A DNA stretch of 64,000 nucleotides from an uncultured Acidimicrobiales bacterium (GCA_963708175.1 CAVPSD010000018.1:7935-71934), one strand, 5' to 3'. Positions 40,452 through 51,311 are shown, counted from the stretch's first letter. Translations and numbers: made by a program. The notes: generated from the sequence alone by a model not told the origin.

Positions 40452-43145
40452 TCACGGCTTGGCTTCCGCCCAAGAAGGACCGAACGCGAGGTGCACTTCC
40501 AGGGGAACCCGAAGCTCGACGGCCCCCTTCATGACGGCTTGCGTCAGCTCAGCAACCTTCGTGTGCTGGCTGGGCTCGACCTCGAGGATCACCTCGTCGT
40601 GCACCTGCAGGATCAGCCGGCTCGCGAGCTCTCGCTCCTCGAGCTCGTGGTCCAGACGAACGAGCGCCACCTTGAAGATGTCCGCCGCCAACCCCTGGAT
40701 GCCCGCGTTCATCGCCTGCCGCTCCCCTGCCTGGCGGATGCGGAAGTTCGGCGAGGACAGCTCGGGGATCGGGCGCCGACGGCCGAAGAGCGTCTCGGTG
40801 TAGCCGCGCTGGCGGGCCTCGTTCACCGTGCGCTCCATGTATTGCTTCACCGACGGGAACGCGACGAAGTACGCGTCGAGGATCTCGGCCGCTTCCTCGG
40901 TGGCGATGTTCAGACGCTGACCGAGGCCGTAGGCCTCCATGCCGTACGCCAGTCCGTAGGAGACCATCTTGGCTTTTGCCCTTTGCTCGACGCTCACCTT
41001 CTTCTTGTCCACACCGAACACGCGCGAGGCGGTCTCGGTGTGGATGTCGGTGCCGGCGTCGAACGCGGCGATCAGGCCCGGATCCTCGGCGAGATGCGCG
41101 ATGCAACGCAGCTCGATCTGGTTGTAGTCGGCGACCAACAGCTCGAAGCCGGGCGCGGGTACGAACACCTTCCGGAACTGTCGGCCCTCGTCACTTCGCA
41201 CTGGGATGTTGTGGAGGTTGGGCTGGTCGGAGGAGAGCCGCCCCGTGCGCGCGACCGTCTGGTTGAACGAGGCGTGGATGCGGCCGTCGGGCGCGACTTC
41301 GGCGAGCAGCGCCTCACCGTAGGTGGACCGCAGCTTCTCGACCTCCCGGTACGCGAGGAGCAGCTCGATGATCGGATGCTGGTCGCGCAACCGCTCGAGT
41401 GACGCCGCGTCGGTGGAGTAGCCGGTCTTCGTCTTCTTCTGGGGTGTCAGGCCGAGCTTGTCGAACAGGACCTCGCGCAGCTGGTGTGTCGAGTTCACGT
41501 TGAACTCGATCCCGGCCTCGGCCTGGATCTCCGCGTCGAGACGGCGGCACTCGCTCGCGAGGCGATCGCTCAGCGCTCGGAGCTCCGCGACGTCGACCCC
41601 GACGCCTACTCGCTCCATGCGGGCGAGCACCCGCACGAGTGGGTTCTCGATCGAGTCGTAGAGCGCCCGCATCCCCTGGTGCTCGAGTGCTTGCTCGAGC
41701 GCCGGCGCGAGGCGAGCGGTGGCGACTGCGTCGAGGGCGGCAGCCATGCTGTCCTCGGTCGCGCTGCCGTCGAGATCGAGCTGCAGCTCGGCTGACTCTC
41801 GCTCGCCCAGCTCGAGCCCGGTGTATCGAGCGAGGAGGTCGGCGAGGGCGTACCGCGACTCGGCCGGGTCGAGCAGATAGGCGGCGATGCTCGTGTCCAG
41901 CTGGAGGTCGTTGACGTCGAGGCTGATCTCGTAGAAGGAGCGCATCAGCGACTTGGCCTGGTGCACGCGCACGCCCGGACCGCCAAGACGAGTCAGGTGC
42001 CCGAGCGCGGCGCGGACGTCGTCGTGCGCGAGCACGGCCGCCGGGACCCAGATCGCGCTGTCTGCAACATCGGGATCTGCGCGGACTGCGAACGCGAGGC
42101 CGAGCAGATCACTGCGCCCCGCGACGCCGGCCCACAGCGGGCCGATCGCGACGGGTTCGTCGCCATCGGCGAGCGCGTGGAGCGCGGCGACGGCGCCGAC
42201 TCGATCGAGCTCGGTGACGTCAGCGGTGATCTGACCCTCGGACGGATGCGTCGTCACGATCGGGGCGTCGAGCACCTCCGCGAGGCGATCGAACAACGTA
42301 CGGAACTCGAGGAACTCGAACAGCCGCTTGACCTCTCCGAGATCGGGCGGGTGCACGCCGAGCGCGGCGATGTTGCCGAGGTCGACCTCGATCGGCGCGT
42401 CACGACGCAAGACCATCACCTCGGCGTTCTTCCGCACCCTCGCCTCGTTCGCGGCGAGGCTCTCGCGCAGCTTGGGCGTCTGCTTGTCGAGGTCGGCGAA
42501 GATGCCGTCGAGACCGCCGTACGTCGCGATGAGCTTCGCCGCGGTCTTCTCCCCCACCCCCGGGACACCCGCGAGGTTGTCCGACGGATCGCCACGGAGT
42601 GCCGCGTACTCCGGGTACTGCGCCGGGGTCACTCCGCACCGCTCGAAGATGCCCGCCTCGTCGTAGAGCACGTAGTCGGAGACGCCGCGCCGGTTGTACA
42701 GCACGCCGATCCGCGGATCCTCGACGAGCTGATACGTGTCCCGGTCACCGGTCACGATCACGACGTCGATGTCGAGGTCGCGGGCCTGCGTCGCGAGCGT
42801 CGCGATGAGGTCGTCGGCTTCGTATCCCTCGAGGTCCGCGACCTCGATGCCGAGCGCGTTGACGATCTGACGCACCAACCCCATCTGCTGGCGGAGGATG
42901 TCCGGGGCCGCCTCGCGCTGCGCCTTGTACTCGGGCACAGCGTCGTGACGGAACGTCGGCTCGGGCCGGTCGAAGAGGACGACGACGCCGTCGGGGCGCT
43001 GATCGCGCAGCAGGTTGATGAGCATCGACGTGAACCCGAACACCGCGTTCGTGACCTGTCCGGACGACGTGGCCATGTCAGTGGGCAGGGCGAAGAACGC
43101 CCGGTACGTCAGCGAGTTGCCGTCGAGCAGGAGCAGCTTGGCCAC
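40452..43145 (-). CDS. polA: DNA polymerase I
   Basis: LLDGNSLTYRAFFA, EADD, ADYNQIELR, KMVSYGLAYG, QVHDE. Confidence 0.98.
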   Translation of the reverse strand: MAKLLLLDGNSLTYRAFFALPTDMATSSGQVTNAVFGFTSMLINLLRDQRPDGVVVLFDRPEPTFRHDAVPEYKAQREAAPDILRQQMGLVRQIVNALGIEVADLEGYEADDLIATLATQARDLDIDVVIVTGDRDTYQLVEDPRIGVLYNRRGVSDYVLYDEAGIFERCGVTPAQYPEYAALRGDPSDNLAGVPGVGEKTAAKLIATYGGLDGIFADLDKQTPKLRESLAANEARVRKNAEVMVLRRDAPIEVDLGNIAALGVHPPDLGEVKRLFEFLEFRTLFDRLAEVLDAPIVTTHPSEGQITADVTELDRVGAVAALHALADGDEPVAIGPLWAGVAGRSDLLGLAFAVRADPDVADSAIWVPAAVLAHDDVRAALGHLTRLGGPGVRVHQAKSLMRSFYEISLDVNDLQLDTSIAAYLLDPAESRYALADLLARYTGLELGERESAELQLDLDGSATEDSMAAALDAVATARLAPALEQALEHQGMRALYDSIENPLVRVLARMERVGVGVDVAELRALSDRLASECRRLDAEIQAEAGIEFNVNSTHQLREVLFDKLGLTPQKKTKTGYSTDAASLERLRDQHPIIELLLAYREVEKLRSTYGEALLAEVAPDGRIHASFNQTVARTGRLSSDQPNLHNIPVRSDEGRQFRKVFVPAPGFELLVADYNQIELRCIAHLAEDPGLIAAFDAGTDIHTETASRVFGVDKKKVSVEQRAKAKMVSYGLAYGMEAYGLGQRLNIATEEAAEILDAYFVAFPSVKQYMERTVNEARQRGYTETLFGRRRPIPELSSPNFRIRQAGERQAMNAGIQGLAADIFKVALVRLDHELEERELASRLILQVHDEVILEVEPSQHTKVAELTQAVMKGAVELRVPLEVHLAFGPSWAEAKP

Positions 43146-43171
43146 CGGTCGAGCGTACGCTCGGTGACGGG

Positions 43172-43747
43172 TTACGGGACGAGGGTGCCCTCGAGAACTT
43201 GCGCCGCGACTGCCGTCATCGTGGTGCGGGTGCTCATCGCCGTCTGCTGGATGAACGAGAACGCGAGGGCCTCGGTGAGGCCGTGCTCGTCCATGAGGAG
43301 CCCCTTCGCGCGGTCGATCGCCTTGCGGGCTTCGAGGCGCGACTCGACGTCCGTGACCTGCTTCTCCAGCGCCACCGTCTCCCGATGCCGGGCGAGGGCG
43401 AGCTCGACGGCGGGCATCAGCTCGGCGCGCTGGAACGGCTTCACGAGATACGCCTGCGCGCCCGCGTCGCGAGCCTGCTCGACGAGATCGCGCTGACTGA
43501 ACGCGGTGAGGATGAGGACCGCTGTCGTGCGCTTGTCGTGGATGCGACGTGCCGCCTCGATCCCGTCGAGGCCCGGCATCTTGATGTCGAGGATCGCGAC
43601 GTCGGGCTCGAGCCGGTCGACGAGCGCGACTGCTTCGTCCCCGCGGGCAGTCTCACCGACCACCTCGTAGCCCTCCTCCTCGAGCGACTCGCGCAGATCG
43701 AGACGGATGATGCTCTCGTCCTCAGCGACGACGACGCGCAACGTCAC
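43172..43747 (-). CDS. pdtaR: ANTAR-domain response regulator (PdtaR-like)
   Basis: VAEDESIIRLDL, LDIKMP, RKAIDRAKGLLM...AFSFIQQTAM. Confidence 0.9.
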   Translation of the reverse strand: MTLRVVVAEDESIIRLDLRESLEEEGYEVVGETARGDEAVALVDRLEPDVAILDIKMPGLDGIEAARRIHDKRTTAVLILTAFSQRDLVEQARDAGAQAYLVKPFQRAELMPAVELALARHRETVALEKQVTDVESRLEARKAIDRAKGLLMDEHGLTEALAFSFIQQTAMSTRTTMTAVAAQVLEGTLVP

Positions 43748-44038
43748 GGCTGCTCGGCGAACAACCGGTCCAGGAGGTTGTCCTGATCGGCCTCGAGCCT
43801 CGCGATGGTCGCGGCCACTTCATCGCGCTCGGCGCGCCATCGCGTCTGCGTGGCGCTGAGCCTCACGCGCCTCGTGGTCGGCGATGGGAGTCTCGGACAC
43901 GAGCGCCTTCAGGTGAGCGTCATCGGCGTCCCCGGCGAGGTGCGCGAGCTGTTCGTCGATGATCCCAAGCTCCTTGCGAAGCTCCTTCAGGCGGCCGCCG
44001 AGCTCGGTGAGGCGGCGCTCGATCAGCGAGCGCGACAT
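43744..44038 (-). CDS. Small coiled-coil hypothetical protein (frameshift near 43831)
   Basis: MSRSLIERRL...; removing one base extends it to ...LEADQDNLLDRLFAEQP* with GTGA overlap on pdtaR. Confidence 0.7.
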
Positions 44039-44116
44039 GCGGTCGAGTGTACGGCCCACCGGTGAGAGCAGTGGGAGACTTCGCCGCAACGGCTGGCTCA
44101 GTGCGAGACTTCGCTG

Positions 44117-45994
44117 ATGGCCGTCGACGCCTGGGGCATCACCGACGGCTACTGGAGCTCGGACAAGGTCTGGTTCGAGACACCCGAGGAGACCCGCAAC
44201 GCGTTGCTGGCCGCGATGGGCGCGGACGAGGCTGCGGACGGGCCGCCGGATCCGTCGCCACCGATGTGGATCGTGCGGCAGGGCGCGACCGACACGCTGT
44301 GGAACGCGGCCGACCTCCATCTCGAAGACGGCACGCTGCTCACCGACGTGCGTGTGCTTCCGCCCGATCTGCCCCTCGGCTATCACGAGCTCGTCCCTCG
44401 CGATGGATGGCCCGCGTCACGCCTCGTCGTTGCGCCGTCTCGCTGCCATCCGATCGCGGAGCGCATGTGGGGATGGGCGGTTCAGCTCTACGCGGCGCGC
44501 TCCCGGGCGAGCTGGGGCATCGGAGATCTCGACGACCTCGCGCTCCTCGCGTCCTGGTCCGCGTCTCTCGGCGCGCGTGTCCTCGTGCTGAATCCGCTTC
44601 ACGCGGTCGCGCCAGTGCATCCACAGCAGCCCAGCCCCTACTACCCGGCGAGCCGCCTGTGGCGGAACCCGCTCGCGCTCCACGTCGAATCGATGCCAGG
44701 CGCGCCGCTGCTCGGCGATGAGCTCGACCGCCTCGCGAACGTGGGCCGAGCCCTCGATGAACGCCGCCTCATCGACCGCGACGCGGTCTTCCGGCTGAAG
44801 CGCGTCGCGTTCGACCGGCTCTACGAGTCGTGGTCGGCGCACGCCGATCAGGACAGCCGCGACGCGTTCCGCGTGTTCTGCGAACAGCACGGCGCTGACC
44901 TCCGCACCTTCGCGATCTACTGCGCGCTCGCTGAACGGCACGGAGGGGGATGGCCGGCGTGGCCGCCGAGCTACCGATCTCCCCGGTCGGGTCGGGTCGC
45001 GCGCTTCGCTCGCGAGCACGAGCCGCGCGTCGAGCTGCACATGTGGCTGCAGTGGCAGCTCGACGTTCAGCTCGCTCGCGCGGCGGGCCGCGGATGCAGC
45101 CTCGTCGGTGACCTCGCCGTGGGCTTCGACCCCGGCGGCGCGGATGCGTGGATGTGGCAAGACCTCCTCGCGCTCGACGCGCACGTCGGCGCGCCGCCTG
45201 ACGGCTTCAACGTCGAGGGGCAGGACTGGGGGCTGCCGCCCTTCATCCCGTGGAAGCTGCGGTCCGCGCACTTCGATCCGTTCGTGAAGACAGTGCGCGC
45301 GGCGATGCGCGGCGTGGCCGGCCTCCGCGTCGATCACGTCATGGGCCTGTACCGACTCTTCTGGGTGCCCCCAGGTGGCTCGCCGAAGACCGGCGCGTAT
45401 GTCCACCTTCCGGCGCGCGCGCTGCTCGACCTGCTCGCCCTCGAGAGCGTGCGCGCCGCGGCCTTCGTCGTGGGCGAAGACCTGGGTACGGTCGAGGACG
45501 AGGTGCGCGACGACCTCGCCGAGCGCGGCATCCTCAGCTACCGGCTGCTCTGGTTCGAGGAGACGGAACCCGAGCGCTTTCCCGTCCAGGCGCTCGCTGC
45601 GGTCACGACCCACGACCTGCCGACGCTCGCAGGCGCGTGGACCGGAGCGGACCTCGCCGCCCAGAAGCGGATCGGAATGACCGTCAGCGAGTCGGGAGCC
45701 GACTGGTTCCGTTCGCAGCTGCAGAAGGTCACCGGGTTCCCCCCGGGCACCGAGGTCGCGCGCGTCACGATCGCCGCGCACCGGGCGCTCGCCGACGCGC
45801 CCTCGGTCGTCGTCGCGGGCACGATCGACGACGCGCTCATGGTCGAGGAGCGACCGAACATGCCGGGCACGATCGACGAGTGGCCGAACTGGTCGCTCGC
45901 GCTCCCGAAGCCGCTCGAGGAGATCGCGCGCGACCCTGTCGTGCAATCGGTCGCCGCGGCCCTCGAGGCGGGGCGCAAGCGCTCCGGAGCGTAG
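44117..45994 (+). CDS. malQ: 4-alpha-glucanotransferase (GH77)
   Basis: WAVQLY, SPYYP, GDLAVG, GAPPD..GQDWG, RVDHVMG, GEDLG, THD. Confidence 0.95.
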   Translation: MAVDAWGITDGYWSSDKVWFETPEETRNALLAAMGADEAADGPPDPSPPMWIVRQGATDTLWNAADLHLEDGTLLTDVRVLPPDLPLGYHELVPRDGWPASRLVVAPSRCHPIAERMWGWAVQLYAARSRASWGIGDLDDLALLASWSASLGARVLVLNPLHAVAPVHPQQPSPYYPASRLWRNPLALHVESMPGAPLLGDELDRLANVGRALDERRLIDRDAVFRLKRVAFDRLYESWSAHADQDSRDAFRVFCEQHGADLRTFAIYCALAERHGGGWPAWPPSYRSPRSGRVARFAREHEPRVELHMWLQWQLDVQLARAAGRGCSLVGDLAVGFDPGGADAWMWQDLLALDAHVGAPPDGFNVEGQDWGLPPFIPWKLRSAHFDPFVKTVRAAMRGVAGLRVDHVMGLYRLFWVPPGGSPKTGAYVHLPARALLDLLALESVRAAAFVVGEDLGTVEDEVRDDLAERGILSYRLLWFEETEPERFPVQALAAVTTHDLPTLAGAWTGADLAAQKRIGMTVSESGADWFRSQLQKVTGFPPGTEVARVTIAAHRALADAPSVVVAGTIDDALMVEERPNMPGTIDEWPNWSLALPKPLEEIARDPVVQSVAAALEAGRKRSGA

Positions 45995-46003
45995 GGTCGC
46001 GCC

Positions 46004-46684
46004 GTGCTCATCGAGGGACTGCCGCTGTGGCTCGCGCAGACGAACGCCTGGCTCGTGTCGGCCACCGGCCCTGGCGGAGAGTGCGTGCTCATCGACGCGC
46101 CGCCTGATCCCGAGGCGATCATCGCTCGGCTCGAGCACCACGGCATGCGGCTCGTCGCGCTGTTCAACACGCACGGGCACATCGACCACATCGGCGGAGT
46201 CGGCACACTCGTGCACGGCAAACACGAGCGGGTCGAGGCGGACCTCGAAGTCCGCATCCACGACGCCGACAAGCACATGCTCCTCGACCCGCTCGGCACG
46301 AGTGGCATGTTCGGCTCGTATCTGCAAGGCCTCGATCTCAGACCGCCCGAGATCATCTACGGGCTCGACGACGGTCAACGGATCAGCGGTGCGGGCATGA
46401 CGTTCACGACGATCCACACACCGGGGCACACACAAGGCTCGGTCTGCTTCCGACTCGACATCGAAGGCGAGGCGCCGATCCTGTTCTCCGGGGACCACCT
46501 GTTCCAAGGCTCGATCGGGCGCACCGACCTTCCCGGTGGCAGCTACGAGCAGCTGATGGAATCGATGGCGGAGAAGATCCTCCCGCTGCCCGACGAGACG
46601 CACGTGCTCCCGGGCCATGGCGGCACGACCACGATCGGCTGGGAGCGCAAGACCAACCCGTTCTTGCTCGAGCTCCAGTCCTGA
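46004..46684 (+). CDS. MBL-fold metallo-hydrolase (glyoxalase II-like)
   Basis: THGHIDHIG, TPGHT, SGD.LF.GSIGRTD, PGHG. Confidence 0.9.
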   Translation: MLIEGLPLWLAQTNAWLVSATGPGGECVLIDAPPDPEAIIARLEHHGMRLVALFNTHGHIDHIGGVGTLVHGKHERVEADLEVRIHDADKHMLLDPLGTSGMFGSYLQGLDLRPPEIIYGLDDGQRISGAGMTFTTIHTPGHTQGSVCFRLDIEGEAPILFSGDHLFQGSIGRTDLPGGSYEQLMESMAEKILPLPDETHVLPGHGGTTTIGWERKTNPFLLELQS

Positions 46685-46698
46685 CGTCACCGCCCGAG

Positions 46699-46781
46699 TG
46701 CCCGAGGCGGGACTTGAACCCGCACGCCCTTGCGGGCAAAGGCTTTTGAGGCCTCCGTGTCTGCCATTCCACCACTCGGGC
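46699..46781 (-). tRNA. tRNA-Leu(CAA), CCA not encoded
   Basis: GCCCGAG...TGGAATGGCAGAC...GGAGGC-CTCAAAA-GCCTTT...long variable arm...GGTTCAAGTCC...CTCGGGCA. Confidence 0.95.
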
Positions 46782-46914
46782 GATGCGCGCGGAGCAGCGT
46801 ATCCGCGGCTACCCCCCGGTAACCCGTGAGTCTGAGAAACTTCCGGCGCCGCAGAGAGGTCACACACCCGAAGCGACACGCCCGCTCTCGAACGAACACG
46901 GAGTCCCGCCACTG

Positions 46915-48091
46915 ATGCTCGCGTTCACCTTCCCCGGCCAAGGGTCGCAGCGACCGGGCATGGGGCGTCCGTGGGCCGACGAGGACTCCTGGGAGCTGGT
47001 GAGTGAGGCGAGCGAAGTCGCCGAGCGCGATCTCGAACGACTGCTGCTCGACGCCGACGCCGACGAGCTGAAGGACACGCGAAACGCGCAGCTCGCGACG
47101 TTCGTCTCGAGCCTTGTCGTGCTCGATGCAATCGAGCGCACCGGGCTCGACGCGAGCTTCTGCGCGGGCCACAGCCTCGGCGAGTACACCGCGCTCGTCG
47201 CCACCGGCGCACTGTCCTTCGACGAAGGTGTGCAGCTCGTGGCCGAGCGCGGCAGAGGCGATGCACGCCGCCGGGATCGACCAGCCCGGCACCATGTCAG
47301 CGGTTCTAGGGCTCGACGACGACGACGTCGAGATCGCGTGCCGCCGCGCTGACAGCGACGTGTGGGTCGCGAACTTCAACGCTCCGGGGCAAGTCGTGAT
47401 CGCGGGCTCGAGCGAAGGCGTTGCGTCCGCGTCGGCGAATGCGAAAGAGCTCGGGGCGAAGAAGGTGCTCCCACTGCCGGTGAGCGGCGCGTTCCACACG
47501 CCCTTCATGGCGCCCGCCCGCGACCGGTTGCGCAAGGCGATCGCGAACGCGAACCCGCGCGACACCGACGTCCCCGTCGTGTCGAACGTGGACGCGCTCG
47601 CGCATGACACGGGAGATGACTGGGCGAGCCTCCTCTCGGCCCAGCTCTGCAGCCCCGTCCGGTGGCGGCAGTGCCTGCTCGCGCTCGCCGATGCGGGCGT
47701 GACGACACTCGTCGAGCTGGGGCCAGGCGGAGTGCTGACCGGGATGGCGAAGCGCACCGTCCCGAGTCTGCGAGCGATCTCGGTGGTCACGCCCGACGAC
47801 GTCGACAGCTTGCTCGAGTCAGTCGCGGGTGGGACGACGCCGCACCTCACCGGACACGAGGGTGAGCATCTCTTCGCGACCGAGCGCCTCGTGGTGAGCC
47901 CTGCCGCGGGCGTGTTCACCCCGGATCCGTCGATCGTCGCGGGCGGCGTCATCCAGGCCGGCACCTTGGTGGGCCGCGTCGGCGACCACGAGGTGCGCTC
48001 ACCCTTCACAGGGTCGATGATGGGGCTCATCGCCGTCCACGGTGAGCGAGTGACCATGAGCCAGCCGATCGCGTGGCTCCGCACGGCATGA
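46915..48091 (+). CDS. fabD: Malonyl-CoA:ACP transacylase with C-terminal biotinyl/lipoyl-like domain (frameshift at 47254)
   Basis: FPGQGSQ, GHSLGE, ANFNAPGQVV, SGAFHT, SPVRW. Confidence 0.9.
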
Positions 48092-49044
48092 CCGCGAAGC
48101 CGGCGCTCGACCGCATGCGCGGCGCTCGCATCACGGGGTGGGGCACGGCGCTGCCTGACAAGACCGTGACGAACGACGACCTCGCCGCGACGATGGACAC
48201 GAGCGACGAGTGGATCACCGAACGCACGGGGATCAAGGAGCGTCGGGTCGGTGGCACGACCTGCGGCCTCGCGGTCGAGGCCGGACGAGCCGCGATCGAG
48301 AGCGCCGGGCTCGCGACGAGCGACATCGACCTCCTCATCCTCGCGACGACGACGCCCGACCAGACCGTTCCCGCAACCTCGTCCTCCGTCCAACACGAGC
48401 TCGGCCTCCAGTGCGGGGCGTTCGACCTGAACGCGGCGTGCTCGGGCTTCGTGTACGCGCTCGTCGCCGCGCACGGCTTCATCGGCGTGGGCGCGAACAA
48501 GGTCCTCATCATCGGCGCCGAGACCCTGTCGCGGATCGTCGACTGGGAGGACCGCGGCACCGCGATCCTGTTCGCCGATGGTGCCGGTGCAGTGGTGCTC
48601 GAAGCCGTCGAGGGACGTGGGCAGCTGCTCGGGTGGGACCTCGGGTCGGATGGCTCGCTGCAGCCCCTGCTCTACGCAGACGTCGGTGGCTACATGAAGA
48701 TGGACGGCCGCGAAGTGTTCCGGCGAGCGGTCAGGGTGATGGTCGACTCTGCGCAGAAGTCGCTGGCCCAAGCCGGCGCATCCGTCGACGACGTGGCTCT
48801 CGTCGTACCTCATCAGGCCAACATCCGCATCATCGAGGCGGCCGCGAACCGACTCGGGGTGCCGATGGAGAAGATCTCCACCGTCCTCCACCGCACGGGC
48901 AACACGTCGTCGGCTTCGATCCCACTCGCGCTGGTGGACGCCATCGAGGCGGGCCGCGTGCACAACGGCGACCTCGTGCTGCTCGTTGGCTTCGGAGCGG
49001 GAATGACATCAGCGAGCGCCGTCCTCCGGTGGGGCGCTGCGTGA
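48088..49044 (+). CDS. fabH: Beta-ketoacyl-ACP synthase III
   Basis: DTSDEWI.ERTGI, AACSGF, HQAN, GNTSSAS, FGAG. Confidence 0.96.
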   Translation: MTAKPALDRMRGARITGWGTALPDKTVTNDDLAATMDTSDEWITERTGIKERRVGGTTCGLAVEAGRAAIESAGLATSDIDLLILATTTPDQTVPATSSSVQHELGLQCGAFDLNAACSGFVYALVAAHGFIGVGANKVLIIGAETLSRIVDWEDRGTAILFADGAGAVVLEAVEGRGQLLGWDLGSDGSLQPLLYADVGGYMKMDGREVFRRAVRVMVDSAQKSLAQAGASVDDVALVVPHQANIRIIEAAANRLGVPMEKISTVLHRTGNTSSASIPLALVDAIEAGRVHNGDLVLLVGFGAGMTSASAVLRWGAA

Positions 49045-49751
49045 CCGAACCGAGGACCGTCCTCGTCACCGGAGGCTCGCGAGGCATCGGGCTCGCGTGC
49101 GCTCGCATCTTCGAGGCGGGGGGCGACCGCGTCGCCGTGACCTACGCGACGAAGCCTCCACCGGACGACCTCTTTGCGCTCAAGTGCGACGTCACGAGCG
49201 CATCGGACGTCGACGCAGCGTTCGGCGCGATCGAGGAGCGCTTCGGTCCGGTCGAGGTCCTCGTTGCCAACGCCGGGATCAACCACGACGGGTTGATCCT
49301 GCGGATGGGCGAGGAGCAGTTCACGAGCGTCGTCGACACGAACCTCGGGGGCGCGTACCGGCTCGCGAAGCGAGCAGCATCGGGGATGGTGCGCGCCCGG
49401 TGGGGTCGCATGATCTTCATGTCCTCGGTGGTCGGCCTCCTCGGCTCGGCTGGTCAGGCGAACTACGCGGCCTCGAAGGCGGGCCTCGTTGGTTTGGCTC
49501 GTTCGCTCGCGCGCGAGCTCGCATCACGATCGATCACTGTGAACGTGGTCGCGCCCGGGCCCGTCGCGACCGACATGACGGCAGCGCTTCCCGAGGCGCG
49601 TCAGGCCGAGCTCACGTCCGCGGTGCCCCTCGGCCGCTTCGCGACCCCCGAGGAGATCGCCGCAGTGGTGCAGTTCCTCGCGTCCGAGCAAGCCGGGTAC
49701 ATCACGGGCGCCGTGATCCCCGTCGACGGCGGGCTCGGGATGGGGCATTAG
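49041..49751 (+). CDS. fabG: 3-oxoacyl-ACP reductase
   Basis: VTGGSRGIG, NAGI, YAASK, VDGG; GTG 49041. Confidence 0.93.
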   Translation: MTEPRTVLVTGGSRGIGLACARIFEAGGDRVAVTYATKPPPDDLFALKCDVTSASDVDAAFGAIEERFGPVEVLVANAGINHDGLILRMGEEQFTSVVDTNLGGAYRLAKRAASGMVRARWGRMIFMSSVVGLLGSAGQANYAASKAGLVGLARSLARELASRSITVNVVAPGPVATDMTAALPEARQAELTSAVPLGRFATPEEIAAVVQFLASEQAGYITGAVIPVDGGLGMGH

Positions 49752-49799
49752 GTTTTCCCTGAGGCGTCCTTCGGCAACTCGAGAGAAAAGAGCCTGACC

Positions 49800-50036
49800 G
49801 TGGCCAACGATGAGAAGTTCGACCGGTTCAAGAAGTGCGTGGTGGACGTGCTGTCCGTCGAGCCCGAGAAGGTCACGATGGAGGCCAAGTTCGGTGACGA
49901 CCTCGACGCGGACAGCCTCGACCTCGTTGAGCTCGTGATGGCGCTCGAGGAAGAGTTCGGCGTCGAAGTGCCCGAGGAAGAGCTGGACGGCATCCAGACC
50001 GTGGGCGAGGCCTACCAGCTCATCACCTCGAGGTAG
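49800..50036 (+). CDS. acpP: Acyl carrier protein
   Basis: [20 protein letters not shown]. Confidence 0.97.
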   Translation: MANDEKFDRFKKCVVDVLSVEPEKVTMEAKFGDDLDADSLDLVELVMALEEEFGVEVPEEELDGIQTVGEAYQLITSR

Positions 50037-50046
50037 GGCGGCAGTC

Positions 50047-51217
50047 GTGGACGGTAGGCGCGTCGCGGTGACCGGGATAGGCGTCGTCGCGCCGTGCGGC
50101 ATCGGCATAGAGGCGTTCTGGAACGGGCTCTGCGCCCCGGCGCCCGAGGGCGAACGGCGGGTGTTCGACTTCGACCCAGAGCCCTGGTTCGCCAACCCCA
50201 AGGAAGCGCGCCGCACCGACCGGTTCGCACAGTTCGCCCTCGCCGCAGCGACGATGGCGCTGAACGACTCGGGTGATCCCGGAGCTGATCCGAGTCGCGC
50301 CGGCGTCATCATCGCCACTGGCGTAGGCGGGCTCTCTACGATCGAAGAGCAGGTCCGGGTCTATGACGGCAAGGGGCCGCGCCGCGTGTCGCCGTTCCTC
50401 GTCCCGATGATGATGTCGAACGCGGCCGCGGCCGGCGTGTCGATGCGCTTCGGCTGGCAAGGGCCGTGCGAGAACGTGGTCACCGCGTGCGCGGCGAGCA
50501 CGCATGCCATCGCGAACGCCGCGCGGTCTGATCGCCTACGGCCGCTGTGACGCGGTGCTCGCCGGCGGATCAGAGGCAGCGATGACCGCGGTCGGCATCC
50601 AGGGCTTCATCAACATGACGGCCCTGTCGTCGCTCGGCATCTCCCGGCCGTTCGACGTCGAACGAGACGGGTTCGTGATCGCCGAGGGCGCGGCGGTGCT
50701 CGTGCTCGAGGAGTGGGACGCGGCGCACGCGCGCGGGGCCCGCATCTACGGCGAGATCATGGGCGGAGGGAGCACCGCGGACGCCCATCACATCACTGCC
50801 CCGTCGCCAGGTGGCGCGGGTGCGGTCGCGTGCATTGAGCTCGCGCTCGCGGAGGCCGGCGTCTCGGCAAGCGACATCGGCCACATCAACGCGCACGGCA
50901 CCTCGACGCCGTTGAACGACGCGGCCGAAGCCGAGGCGATCTCGAAGGTGTTCGGCTCGCCGGGCCCACCAGTGACCTCGACGAAGGGGGTCACCGGGCA
51001 CGCACTCGGGGCCGCCGGTGCGCTCGAAGCCGCGGCCGTGCTCCTCTCGATGGAGCACAAGCTGATCCCGCCGACGGCGGGGTTCACGAAGGCCGATCCC
51101 GAAGTGCGCATCGACATCGTGCACGGAGAGCCCCGAGCCTGGGAACCGGCGCCCACGCTGTCGAACTCATTCGGCTTCGGCGGCCACAACGGCTGCCTGG
51201 TGATCGGGCCCGCATAG
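50047..51217 (+). CDS. fabF: Beta-ketoacyl-ACP synthase II (frameshift at 50527)
   Basis: VAVTGIG, TACAA, SRPFD, NAHGTST, GHALGAAG, SNSFGFGGHN. Confidence 0.92.
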
Positions 51218-51255
51218 AGCGCCTAGCGGCGAGGCGGTGTCTACCGCTCCCGAGC

Positions 51256-51299
51256 ACTTGCAGCCAGCGACCGCCCTTCGGCGGTCTTGCGCTGCAAGT
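51256..51299. terminator. Stem-loop between convergent fabF and fabZ
   Basis: ACTTGCAGC..GACCGCC-CTTC-GGCGGTC..GCTGCAAGT. Confidence 0.55.
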
Positions 51300-51311
51300 T
51301 CGGCTTTCGGC

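Noticed and set aside
46915-51217. Programmed frameshifting in fabD/fabF, or a PKS cluster
   Set aside because: No slippery sites at the breaks; the gene set is ordinary type II fatty-acid synthesis
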